Assembly: GCA_965261345.1 (NCBI GenBank)
Contig: OZ253449.1
Span: 1,280,001 to 1,344,000 of the forward strand
Origin: Chloroflexota bacterium
GTDB lineage: Bacteria > Chloroflexota > UBA11872 > VXNJ01
DNA: 64,000 bases
Reading direction: 5' to 3'
A program made the position numbers and the translations under genes. Positions within the stretch are counted from its first letter, which is position 1; the number at the start of each line of letters is the position of its first letter. The notes under the pieces were generated by a model. That model was given only the letters and a program-made list of their open reading frames with translations. It ran no database searches and was not told where the DNA came from. Shown in pieces: positions 45,160 to 56,211 of this stretch.

Positions 45160-47232
45160 TTCGTCCACCCATGTGCGCCGATTGCGATACTCTCCGTCAG
45201 CAATCGTGGATCACGTCCCCTGGAGTGGTGTAAGAGCACCAGCTTGATCAACTAAGCCAACGCGATGACAAAGGGCCATCGTGTAAACCTCTACGGAGTC
45301 ACTTCACTTACTTCGTCGAGGAACCATCGATGGCCCAACTTGATTATCAGACCTTGCTTGCCCTTATCGCCAAGCAAGGGTTTGACAGCAGCGAATTCGT
45401 CCGCAGCGCCGTACGGCACGCCTACCAGGAACTTATTGACGCCGGCCTGGCCGAAAACATCGGCGCCAAACCGCACGAGCGCAACGGCGAGCGTCGCAAT
45501 CGGCTTTGATGGCTCGCGCAAGCGCACCCTCTCCACCCGGGCGGGCGACATCGAGATTGCCCTGCCCAAGCTGCGCCAAGGCAGCTACTACCCCGAGTTC
45601 TTGGAGCGGCGGCGCCGCATCGACCAGGCCCTCTACGGCGTCATCATGACCGCCTACAGCAAGGGCGTCTCCACCCGCAAGGTCGACAAGCTGGTGGAGG
45701 CGATGGGAGTAAACGCCGGGATCTCCAGGTCCGAGGTGTCAAGGATCTGCAAAGGCATCGACGAGCTGGTCAATGCCTTCCGCGAACGCGATCTCGCGCA
45801 TACGACCTTCCCGTACCTCTATCTCGACGCCACCTACGTAAAAGCCCGAAACGCGCATGCGGTAAGGTCGCGGGCGGTGGGCATAGCAATGGCCATAAAC
45901 GAGGACGGCCATCGCGAGCTGCTGGGGCTTGCAATCGGCCACAGCGAAGCGCAGGGCTTCTGGGAGGACTTGATCGCCTCCCTGGTAACGCGCGGTCTAT
46001 CCGGCGTGCGGCTGGTGATCTCCGATGGGAACCAAGCCATCGGCAACGCGGTGACAAAGCTTATTCCCGAGGCCGCCTGGCAGACGTGCAGGACACACTT
46101 TGGGCGCAATCTTCTGCCAAGGGTCAGAAGCGGCGACCGCGGGCTGGTGGCAGCCGGACTGGCGTCGCTGTTTGGGCAGGCTGACAAGCAGAGCGCCATG
46201 GACGCCTTCGGAGATTTCGCCGATCGCTTAGAGCGCAAGTATCCGGAACTGTCCACGATCCTCGAGGACTCCGAGATCGCCCTGACTGCCTACACCGCCT
46301 TCCCGCCTTCGCACTGGCGCAAGATCTGGTCCACCAATCCCCTGGAGCGCGTTATGGGCGAGCTAAAGCGCCGCACCCGGGTAGTGCAGCTCTTCCCCGA
46401 CGATGACTCGGTCCTGCGCCTTATCGGAGCGGTCCTAATTGAGCAGAACGACGAATGGCTCGCATCCGAGCGCCGCTATATGTCCAGGCACTCGATGGCC
46501 TTAATCGGCCAACCCCCATCTCCGGGAGAGAGGCAGTCCCCGCTGGCATTGCCGGCGGGGTAGCAACCGCCGCCGGGGGCCGTAGCGCCCTCCAGGGAAA
46601 TGGAAGGTCGTGCGCCCGGCTGGGCGCTAGCTGGGCCTAAATAAGGATCACTAGCGTCGAATTGGGCCGACTTTCCCAACAAACCCGGCCCGGTGAGCCC
46701 GAATGCGAGCCGTTACGGGCCGGGGCCGGCCTTCGGACCCATGGAAGCCCATATGACCACGACCGCGCCATGGTCGCAACTGGCAAAATGATGGACGCCT
46801 TACCGGCAGTCGCCGTCACAGCCAAGGACTCGAAACTCCCCCAGCAAGCCCCAGCAACCATCTGCCGGCCCTGCCGGCAGCTGCAACTCTGTAGAGTTGC
46901 AGCTGCCGAACCCCTAAACGTAGAGGACGGCTTAGTTACACCACACCGTGGGACACGTCCCAATCGTGCGGTTTCGAGCCGATGTTTTCCGCCCAGGCCG
47001 GCGTCATAAGTTCCAGGTAGGCGTGCTGTACGGCGCTCCAGACGAATTCGCTGGTGTTAAAACCTTGCTTGGCGACAAGGGCGACCGAGGTTTGATAATC
47101 GCGTTGGATCATCGATGGTTCCTCGACGAAGTAAGTGAGGGAACTCCATAGAGGTTTCACGATGGCCCTTTGTGATCGCGTTGGTTTAGCTGATCAAGCT
47201 GGCGCTCTTTCGTCACTCCAGGGAACGTGATC
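45160..47232 (-). pseudogene. Diverged IS256 left-end relic, split by IS256 copy 2
   Basis: The flanks 45160-45208 and 46969-47232 join into a sequence similar to 21030-21326. Confidence 0.75.
45209..46960 (+). mobile_element. IS256-family element, copy 2
   Basis: Terminal IRs; 8-bp target duplication CAATCGTG (45201-45208, 46961-46968); transposase 45330-46563 with a +1 frameshift near 45505. Confidence 0.93.
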
Positions 47233-47536
47233 CATCGCCATGGCCCTACCGCCGAAATGTGCTTGAGACGGCAGGTTGCGGAAGATTAGAGGCATGATTT
47301 CTTAGCTGGCCGGCTTGCAATGGTCGCCAATGAACCGGAGAAGGCAGCATTCATCATCTGCGATTCGACGTCAAGCGAGATACTCGCTTCCAGTCGTCGG
47401 CTCGCAATGTGAATTTCCTTGTTGCCGGAAGCACTTGAGCATCGACGGGGCGCGATTAGTTCAATCCCGGAGAGATTAGTCAACACTCGAATTGTTCGCG
47501 GGCCAAGCTTGAATCGAATTAATCTATGTGAGATGA

Positions 47537-48478
47537 GTGAAACACGGGGCATTCGATTTGTATTTGGATGAGCTACACAGCCTTATCGGCACTCTCAAAG
47601 ACCGAATGTCGCAACACCGCGTCTTGTTGGGCAAGAACGAATCCGCAACGCGCTACTCGTTGATTGATCCACTACTCGGAGCGTTGGGCTGGGACTTATC
47701 CGATCCGACGCAGGTGGAACCTGAGTATCAAGCAGGACCTGGGCGCGCTGACTACGCTTTGATGGTCGATGGCGGAACTCCCAGCATCATCGTCGAGGCA
47801 AAAAATTTGGGTCGGCGCGTCGATGACGGTATCAGCCAATCAATCAGCTATTGCATTGAACGCGGGATCAAATACTTCGTTGTCACTAACGGTGACAGAT
47901 GGGAGGTTTACGAGACGCACAATCCGGTTCCAATTGCAGAAAAACTGGTTGTTGAATTCAGTGTTAGGAACGCGTCCCAGGGCACGATCATGAAAATGCT
48001 CTGGCTTTGGCGCGGAAATTTCAAATCCGACACACCGGCAGTCACAAACGTGCCGCAAAATAAACTCGCTGAACGTGGGCAGGCAGTTGCGACCAAACGA
48101 ATTCGTCAGAAATCAGTTCCTTTGGATCAATTCACTCCCTCAATTGGTCAAAAAGAGCCGAATTCAATACTTTTTCCAGATGGATCGAGTACGGCGCCCG
48201 GCACATGGATCGAGTTTCAAACGGCCATCGTAAGTTGGTTGATTGAAACAGGACACCTGTCCGCATCAGATTGTCCGATTACAGCCGGGGGCAAGGCCTA
48301 CTTAGTTCATTCACAACCAGTAACGCGATCGGGCGCTCGTTTTCGGAGGCCAAGATCTGTTAATGACTTGTGGATTGAGGCTAATCGAAGCGCGTCAGAT
48401 CATGTTAAAACCGCCAAGCGAGTTTTGGAAGATAGAGGCGTAACACTCCAGAGCGTTCGTGTGGTGGCGACCGATTGA
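47537..48478 (+). CDS. Type I restriction HsdR N-terminal-like nuclease domain protein
   Basis: NESATRYSLIDPLLGALGWD, RADYAL, IVEAKNL, VVTNGDRW. Confidence 0.75.
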   Translation: MKHGAFDLYLDELHSLIGTLKDRMSQHRVLLGKNESATRYSLIDPLLGALGWDLSDPTQVEPEYQAGPGRADYALMVDGGTPSIIVEAKNLGRRVDDGISQSISYCIERGIKYFVVTNGDRWEVYETHNPVPIAEKLVVEFSVRNASQGTIMKMLWLWRGNFKSDTPAVTNVPQNKLAERGQAVATKRIRQKSVPLDQFTPSIGQKEPNSILFPDGSSTAPGTWIEFQTAIVSWLIETGHLSASDCPITAGGKAYLVHSQPVTRSGARFRRPRSVNDLWIEANRSASDHVKTAKRVLEDRGVTLQSVRVVATD

Positions 48479-48684
48479 CGCCGATGTTCTTCGCGAATGT
48501 TGGCGGATCAACAACCGCCAATCTGGCCACGGAAAATTTATCGCATTAGTCCGCACCGGGTAAGTGCGAACATATCGCCTTCAGCAATTTGATCCATACC
48601 GACATCGAGCGTTAGCAGCTCAGGATCAACGACCACAACACTAAATCGCACTAATTGCCAGGAAAACTGAGGGATCCCATCTCC

Positions 48685-51600
48685 ATGACAGCGCTCAATT
48701 CCGAACCGCGTCGGCATGATTTTGCAGAGGTATTAGCCGAATTGAGGAGCGTTGCGCGGTCCAAAATGGCCAGGGGCAGGCTGTTTGAGCGCTTAATGTG
48801 CGAGTACTTGCGGAAAGACCCAATTTGGGGTCCACGATTTGCGTCGGTGCAGTTGATTGACGGCAAAGACTTTGGAGTTGACCTAGAGGCGATATCCGCC
48901 GACGGCAAATCGGTTTGGGCAATTCAGTGCAAATTTCACGGGCCAAGCACACGAATTAATAAGAAGGCGGTTTCCAGCTTTTTAGCGGAGCTGGGTAAAA
49001 CCAAGTACACGCACGGCCTAATCATTGACACCGGTGCCGAATGGGGTGCGACCGCCTCCAGGGCAATACGCGGACTCGATAAACCAGTTCACTTGCTCAA
49101 ATTCCTCGATTTAGAGGGTAGTGATGTCGATTGGCCCGATTTGGCTGGCGACCTTAAGGACTTGCAGGTAAGGCGAGGCAGTTACGAATTGCGGCCCCAC
49201 CAAAAAAGCGCAATCGAGGACGTATTACTGGGGCTTAGTAAATCCGGCCGTGGCAAGTTGATCATGGCATGTGGGACAGGGAAAACCCTGACCGCGTTAC
49301 GGCTGGCCGAAGAGTACGTTGGTCAGGGCAACACGTGCCTCTACTTGGTCCCTTCGATCGCGTTAATGCAACAAACTTTGCGCGAGTGGGCCAGCCAACA
49401 GAGGATTCCACAAAGCTATGTTGGCATTTGTTCTGATGTGCGCGCTGGGCGCATTGCCGAAGATATCGATCTCTTTGAACTTGAGCTCCCCGTCACGACT
49501 GATCCGCGCCAGATTAGGTCGGTTCTCAAGTCCGACCCAGGGGGCCAATTGCGCGTAGTTTTTTGCACGTACCAAAGCATCGAATTAGTTATCGAAGCGC
49601 AGCGTGATGAGTGCGTAAAAGAATTCGACTTGATCATTTGTGACGAGGCTCACAGAACTACTGGGGTGGAAAAACCGGGCGACAAACAATCACCATTCGT
49701 TCGTGTACACGACGATTCAATGGTCAGGGGGAGGAAGCGGCTCTACATGACCGCGACGCCGCGCCTCTATGCTTCCTCGTCAAAAAAGAGGGCAAACGAC
49801 CAAAACTTCGACATTTATTCCATGGACGATGAAGCTACATACGGGCCGGAATTTCACCGATTGGACTTTGGTGAAGCGGTAAACAAAGGCTTATTGACTG
49901 ACTACAAGGTGCTTGTACTTCACATGCACCAGCGTTACGCTGCGCGGTTGTTGGCAAAAACGTTGGACAAGCATGCTGATGGCCCCGGTGTCGGGAGCAA
50001 AACGTTGAGCGAATTGATGACGGTAGATGATGCCGCAAGGATTGCCGGTTGCTGGACGGGATTGCTAGATCCAGAATTGGCCGCTCCGGCCGCCGAATAT
50101 AAGCATTTGCCAAGTCCGAAATTAAAAAGGGCTATCGCATTCAGCAGCAGGATTAATGCATCGAAACTGATCGAGTCAAGTTTTGAAGTCGTCGCCAACA
50201 CGATTACTCCAGATCGTGTTGGCCAGATGCAGGTGAAACATGTAGATGGCACCAACAACGCGCTGAATCGCAGCAGAGATATAGCTTGGCTGCGCCACGG
50301 TGATGAATCTTCTTGCCGAATGTTGACCAACGCGCGCTGTTTGTCCGAGGGAATTGATGTTCCGGCGCTGGACGCCGTCCTGTTTATGAATCCGCGGCGT
50401 TCACATATTGATATTGTCCAAGCCGTCGGGCGTGTCATGCGAAAAAGCCCCGGCAAGCAATACGGATACATCATTTTGCCGGTAATCGTCGGTGCCAGAT
50501 CAAATGTTGGCGAAATGATGTTGCATTCAGACTATGACGTGGTATGGGATGTACTACGCGCGTTGCGATCCCACGACGGTCGTCTCGACATTGAAATAAA
50601 TCAAATTGACTTGAACAATAAGCTCCCAGACCGGATCTCATTTGTCGGATTGGACGTAGGGGAGGATGATGAATTCGTCGTTGAGCCACTTGTAACCAAA
50701 AACGCGACTCAACTCGAATTGGGATTGTTGCCAGAGGCTATGTACGCGGCAATCGTAGACAAGGTTGGGGATCGCCAATATTGGGACCGCTGGGCACGCG
50801 ACATCGGAGAAATTGCGAGTCGCTGCACGGCCAGAATTCGAGCTTTGCGAGAAGGGAATTCGGAAATCGCTACCGAGTTTTCTGACTTTCACAATGGCAT
50901 CAAATCGATTACCAATGACTCGGTCCAGGCAAGTGAAGTCGAATCCATGCTCGCGCAGCATCTCATCACTAGGCCCGTATTCGAAGCGCTGTTTGCTGAG
51001 AGCAAATTTGTCGAAGAGAACCCGGTATCAAAGGCGATGCAGCGGATGGTTGAAATTCTGCAGCGCCGCGGATTGGATGCGGAGATTGAGAAGTTCCAAA
51101 GTTTCTACGACAGCGTTAGGAATCGCGTTTTTGGAGTAAGCGACGCTGCAGGAAAACAGGTAGTCCTGAAAGAGCTGTACGAAAAATTCTTCAAGACTGC
51201 GTTTGCGCAAACGACCGATCGACTCGGAATCGTATATACACCTAACGAAATTGTCGATTTCATACTCCGATCAGCAGACGACATTGTGCGTGAGCAATTT
51301 GGCGCTTCCGGGTTGTCCGCGGATGGTGTCCACGTGCTAGAGCCATTTGCCGGCACCGGAACTTTCCTTGTCAATCTGATCCAAGATAAGTCGTTGCTCG
51401 GCGAATCTGACGTGGCCAGAAAATTTGATCGCGAGTTACACGCAAACGAGATATTGCCCCTTGCGTACTACATTGGCGCGTTGAATATCGAGCGAGCCTT
51501 CCAAGGCCGGTGCCCTGGAATCGACTACAGATCATTCACCGGCATGGTGTTAGCGGATACGTTCAATCTCAGTGAAGGCGCAAGATCTCAGCGCCAGTTT

Positions 51601-53457
51601 CCACGCAAGTACTTTGGCGAAAACAACGAAAGAGCTGAATCTCAAGAGAATGAAGATATTCGGGTTTTTCTGTCGAATCCGCCGTGGTCGGCTTGGCAAT
51701 CCGATGCCCGTGACGAAAACCGGAACGTTAGCTACCCAGCTCTAGACGCCCGGATCAGAGAGACTTATGTCGCCAACAGCAACGCAACTCAACGCGCTAG
51801 CCTGTACGACTCTTACATTCGGGCCATTCGCTGGGCCTCCGACCGAATGGGCGATCGTGGACTGATCGCATTCGTCACGAACAACGGTTGGCTCGACGGG
51901 AGGGCAGCAGCCGGATTGCGGCATTGCCTGGCCAGTGAATTTAATGAGATTTATGTCTTAGACCTGCGGGGCAACGCAAGAACTAGGGGATTGTTTCGTC
52001 AAAAGGAGGGAGGAGGCGTATTCGACCAAGGATCGCGCGCCGGAGTATGCATCGTAATTCTTATTAGGTCTAATCCGGTCAACGGTCATGCCAAGGCTCG
52101 CATCAATTACCAAGCGGTTGACGACTACCTGACGACTGCCCAAAAGCTTGCGGCGGTCGAGGTTGCAGCGTCAATCAATGGAATTGACAAATGGCAGGAG
52201 ATTCACCCCGACGACCACGGCGATTGGCTAAACCAGCGTGACCCGCGATTCTTAGCATACGTGCCGATTGGTAGCAAAGCGGCCAAGCGTAGGTTGGCGA
52301 GTCGATCAGTCTTTCGACTTTTTGGCCGCGGTTTGGCGACCAGCCGCGACGAATACGCATACAGCTTCGATGAAGAAGCGCTGGCAGCACGTTCTATAAG
52401 AATGATTATGTTCTACAACCAGTTTTTGGGCGCGGAGGCGCCCCCGGCAAACGACGAATTGATCAAGTGGCACCACGACGTTCTCTCAAATGCCTCCCGG
52501 AAGATTCCTGCCCGATGGGAGAGTGACTCAATCCGAACTGTTGCCTACCGACCGTTCGTCAATCAATTTGCTCATTTCGACATTATTTTTAACGCGCGTC
52601 ACTACCAACTCGGAGCGATGTATCCAACGGCATCAACCATAAACAGAGTTATATCTGTAACCGGCAAAGCTAGCGGTGCAGGATTCAGCGCACTCGTGTC
52701 CAATTTATTACCGGATTTGCACGTTTTGGGTGCGACGCAAGTTTTCCCACGTTGGAGGTTTGAAAGGAGACAGCTCGGTGTTGGCACCTTGCCGCTGGAC
52801 GCAGGGACAACTGATACTGCCGATGGCAACGGCGAATTCGTCCGAATCGACAACATCACTGATTGGGCGTTGAGCGAGTTTCGACTCAAATATGGCGATT
52901 CGTCGATATCCAAAGACGACATTTTTTCGTATGTCTACGGGATCCTCCATCACCCTGTCTTCCGCGAGAGGTTCGCCAACGACTTGTTCAAGGATCTTCC
53001 GCGCATTCCGTTTGCGCCCGACTTCCGCGCGTTTTCAGAAGCCGGGATGAAACTTGAAGCGCTGCACTGTGACTATGAGTCCCTTAGCGGGTACCCATTA
53101 AAGATTGAGACTGCAAGTGGGTTTGATCCAGGGTCTGACTCCCACTTCTCGATTGAGAAGATGACTTGGGAGAAGGGGGCAGGCAAAAGGAAATTGCGGA
53201 TTAACGATTACTTGACAGTTTCCGGAATACCTGACTCAGCCCACGAGTACGTAGTGAACGGCCGCTCTCCGCTGGAGTGGCTGGTCGAGCGCTGGTGTTT
53301 GAAATTGCACGAACGATCCGGGATCGTCAACGATCCGAATCGGTGGTTCGACGATCCCCGTAGCGTCGTCAAGCTGGTCAAGCAAGCAACCCAAGTCGCC
53401 GTCGAATCAGTCAAATTGATCAACGAGCTCCCGGATCAATTCGACTTAGGGAGCTAG
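48685..53457 (+). CDS. Type ISP restriction-modification enzyme (Mrr-like nuclease, SF2 helicase, N6-adenine MTase, target recognition domain), ~1590 aa
   Basis: GVDL..IQCK; MACGTGKT, DEAHR, MTATPR, QAVGRVMRK; GIVYTP, EPFAGTGTF, NPPW; DLRGNAR; LlaGI/LlaBIII domain order. Confidence 0.95.
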   Translation: MTALNSEPRRHDFAEVLAELRSVARSKMARGRLFERLMCEYLRKDPIWGPRFASVQLIDGKDFGVDLEAISADGKSVWAIQCKFHGPSTRINKKAVSSFLAELGKTKYTHGLIIDTGAEWGATASRAIRGLDKPVHLLKFLDLEGSDVDWPDLAGDLKDLQVRRGSYELRPHQKSAIEDVLLGLSKSGRGKLIMACGTGKTLTALRLAEEYVGQGNTCLYLVPSIALMQQTLREWASQQRIPQSYVGICSDVRAGRIAEDIDLFELELPVTTDPRQIRSVLKSDPGGQLRVVFCTYQSIELVIEAQRDECVKEFDLIICDEAHRTTGVEKPGDKQSPFVRVHDDSMVRGRKRLYMTATPRLYASSSKKRANDQNFDIYSMDDEATYGPEFHRLDFGEAVNKGLLTDYKVLVLHMHQRYAARLLAKTLDKHADGPGVGSKTLSELMTVDDAARIAGCWTGLLDPELAAPAAEYKHLPSPKLKRAIAFSSRINASKLIESSFEVVANTITPDRVGQMQVKHVDGTNNALNRSRDIAWLRHGDESSCRMLTNARCLSEGIDVPALDAVLFMNPRRSHIDIVQAVGRVMRKSPGKQYGYIILPVIVGARSNVGEMMLHSDYDVVWDVLRALRSHDGRLDIEINQIDLNNKLPDRISFVGLDVGEDDEFVVEPLVTKNATQLELGLLPEAMYAAIVDKVGDRQYWDRWARDIGEIASRCTARIRALREGNSEIATEFSDFHNGIKSITNDSVQASEVESMLAQHLITRPVFEALFAESKFVEENPVSKAMQRMVEILQRRGLDAEIEKFQSFYDSVRNRVFGVSDAAGKQVVLKELYEKFFKTAFAQTTDRLGIVYTPNEIVDFILRSADDIVREQFGASGLSADGVHVLEPFAGTGTFLVNLIQDKSLLGESDVARKFDRELHANEILPLAYYIGALNIERAFQGRCPGIDYRSFTGMVLADTFNLSEGARSQRQFPRKYFGENNERAESQENEDIRVFLSNPPWSAWQSDARDENRNVSYPALDARIRETYVANSNATQRASLYDSYIRAIRWASDRMGDRGLIAFVTNNGWLDGRAAAGLRHCLASEFNEIYVLDLRGNARTRGLFRQKEGGGVFDQGSRAGVCIVILIRSNPVNGHAKARINYQAVDDYLTTAQKLAAVEVAASINGIDKWQEIHPDDHGDWLNQRDPRFLAYVPIGSKAAKRRLASRSVFRLFGRGLATSRDEYAYSFDEEALAARSIRMIMFYNQFLGAEAPPANDELIKWHHDVLSNASRKIPARWESDSIRTVAYRPFVNQFAHFDIIFNARHYQLGAMYPTASTINRVISVTGKASGAGFSALVSNLLPDLHVLGATQVFPRWRFERRQLGVGTLPLDAGTTDTADGNGEFVRIDNITDWALSEFRLKYGDSSISKDDIFSYVYGILHHPVFRERFANDLFKDLPRIPFAPDFRAFSEAGMKLEALHCDYESLSGYPLKIETASGFDPGSDSHFSIEKMTWEKGAGKRKLRINDYLTVSGIPDSAHEYVVNGRSPLEWLVERWCLKLHERSGIVNDPNRWFDDPRSVVKLVKQATQVAVESVKLINELPDQFDLGS

Positions 53458-56211
53458 GAATTGCAAGCGCGAATTGGAGCCGACCCAATCTGACAGATGA
53501 AATCCACCTTCATTGAGCCCAGCATCAAGACTCGAGTTAAATTTTTTTGACAATTTACGCGTCCAAGCGCGCATGTTACGAGTAAAGGCAACGTTTTTGC
53601 GGCAACCGGGGCGCATTCAAGCCGCCGCAACGCTAATGATGGAAGATTTCGCCACCCGGCTCTGGCCGGCTCCCCCTCATTGGTACCAGAGGGAATGTGA
53701 ATAATCTGGTTCCAACGAAAGGGGACTGCAATGGCGAAGCGAAAGTACTCGCCCGAACAGATCATCAACAAGCTCCGGGCCATAGAGCTTGGTGTCGCCC
53801 AGGGCGACACCGTCGAGCAGAGCTGCCGCAAGGCGGCGATCAACGTCCAGACCTATTACCGCTGGCGCTCCCGCTACGGCGGGATGACGCTCGCCGAGGC
53901 CAAGGAGAACAAGCGCCTGCGCGAGGAGAACAAGCGCTTAAAACACGCGGTGGCCGATCTAACGCTCGACAACCAGATCCTGAAAGAGACGGCCTCGGGA
54001 AACTTCTAAGCCCGGAGCGGCGGCGCAAGTGCGTCGACCACGTCCGGGCCAAGTTCCCGGTGTCTGAACGAAGAGCCTGCCGGGTGCTGGGCCAATCGCG
54101 CCGCACCCAGCGCTACATCCCAAAACCCGATCCGGAAGAGGACAACCTCACCGCCGAGATCAGGATGCTTTCCCTCAAGCACCCCCGCTATGGCTACAAG
54201 CGCATCACCGCCCTGCTTAAACACTCGGGCTGGAAACTGAACCGCAAACGGGTATTGCGCATCTGGCGCGCGCAGGGCCTTAAGGTCCCGATCCGAAAGG
54301 TCAAGAAGTCGCGCCTCTGGCTGGAGAACGGACGCTCTACGCGGCTTATGGCCGAGCGCCCGAATCACGTCTGGGCCTACGACTTTACCTACGAGCGCAC
54401 CGAGGACGGCAGACCACTGCGGATCCTTACCGTGGTCGATGAGTTCACCCGCGTGGCCTTAGCGGCCCGGGCGGCCCGATCCTTCCCTGCCCGGGACGTG
54501 ATCGAGACAATCGCCGACCTCATGCTCATCCACGGGGTCCCCGAGCACATCCGCTCTGACAACGGCCCCGAATTTACCGCCAAAGCGATAAGGCAATGGC
54601 TATCTGGCAACAGCGTCAAGACCGTCTACATAAAGCCCGGAGCGCCCTGGGAGAACGCCTATGCGGAATCGTTCATATCCAAGCTCCGCGACGAGCTCCT
54701 GGACCGCGAGATATTCTTCACCCTCGAAGAAGCCAGGGTGATGCTGGAGCGCTTCCGGATCGACTACAACACCGTGCGCCCGCACTCGGCGCTCGGCTAC
54801 CTGGCGCCCCTGGAAGCGATCGAGGCGGCGGCGTGATGGATCAACTTCCGGTTGCAATCCGGCTGCTGCTGGCCGGCCTCATCGACGGCCCGGCGTCCGT
54901 CTTCGTGGGTGCTACGGGCGGCCGCAATATCAGCTTCGCCGCCAGCTCTCCTGCAGGAGAGCTGGCGGCACCCTCCCACAAGACAATGTCTCACCTGGTA
55001 CCAAAACCGGGGACCTGCCAGCTCGACGAGCGTGATGCAGGGTAGAGAGTGTTAGATGCCCTGAGTAGCCAACGAACCGCCGCAAATCCTACTTGGCACT
55101 GGTCGTTGGCGACGGTCTCCCAGAACATGGTCGATAGAGCGTCGTATAGCTGATCGCCTACAAGCCTTTAGAACTTTGTTCCGGTGATGACTATCAGGGT
55201 CATCAATCTCCTCCAGGCGACCGGACGGTGCTGCCAAAGCCCTACCCTACGCACCGCTTTTGCTGGCTATTAATTCGATTTACTCTTGATATTCAGCACG
55301 GTTCCAAACTCACTGCAATCGCGGAGTCGGTGGGCAAACTGGGGAGATTGAACCAAAATGGTGGGCGATTTACGCTTCGATAGTGCAGGAACCCAATGGA
55401 TTGGCACACTGTACGAGGACCATTTACGTTGGCAATGATTCCGGGTCTATTTCCGAGGTTTGACTAATAAGACTGGGAGTGCCTCGCCATCCTAGCTCCC
55501 TAAGTCGAATTGATCCGGGAGCTCGTTGATCAATTTGACTGATTCGACGGCGACTTGGGTTGCTTGCTTGACCAGCTTGACGACGCTACGGGGATCGTCG
55601 AACCACCGATTCGGATCGTTGACGATCCCGGATCGTTCGTGCAATTTCAAACACCAGCGCTCGACCAGCCACTCCAGCGGAGAGCGGCCGTTCACTACGT
55701 ACTCGTGGGCTGAGTCAGGTATTCCGGAAACTGTCAAGTAATCGTTAATCCGCAATTTCCTTTTGCCTGCCCCCTTCTCCCAAGTCATCTTCTCAATCGA
55801 GAAGTGGGAGTCAGACCCTGGATCAAACCCACTTGCAGTCTCAATCTTTAATGGGTACCCGCTAAGGGACTCATAGTCACAGTGCAGCGCTTCAAGTTTC
55901 ATCCCGGCTTCTGAAAACGCGCGGAAGTCGGGCGCAAACGGAATGCGCGGAAGATCCTTGAACAAGTCGTTGGCGAACCTCTCGCGGAAGACAGGGTGAT
56001 GGAGGATCCCGTAGACATACGAAAAAATGTCGTCTTTGGATATCGACGAATCGCCATATTTGAGTCGAAACTCGCTCAACGCCCAATCAGTGATGTTGTC
56101 GATTCGGACGAATTCGCCGTTGCCATCGGCAGTATCAGTTGTCCCTGCGTCCAGCGGCAAGGTGCCAACACCGAGCTGTCTCCTTTCAAACCTCCAACGT
56201 GGGAAAACTTG
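52738..56211. repeat. 722-bp inverted repeat (52738-53459 / 55490-56211)
   Basis: Reverse-complement comparison by eye; encoded C-terminal sequences are identical in the ORF track. Confidence 0.92.
53663..55020 (+). mobile_element. IS3-family element, apparently intact
   Basis: TG...CA IRs; target duplication GCTC (53659-53662, 55021-55024); orfA 53731-54009, GGGAAAC slippery site, orfB to 54836 with WAYDF, DEFTR, RSDNGPEF, NAYAESF. Confidence 0.95.

Noticed and set aside
45265-45500. ORF-track N-terminus MTKGHRVNLYG... of the IS256 transposase (also at 21270 and 18447)
   Set aside because: Not IS256-like; the MAQLDYQ frame has an RBS and the expected helical N-terminus
55358-55372. AATGGTGGGCGAT resembles the reverse complement of a tRNA 3' end (att site); similar hint near 59197-59213
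   Set aside because: Too short, no T-arm continuation, and no partner repeat or integrase in the window
53460-55489. Dedicated invertase inside the putative invertible segment
   Set aside because: After removing the IS3, the remaining ~670 bp has only short ORFs with no recombinase motifs
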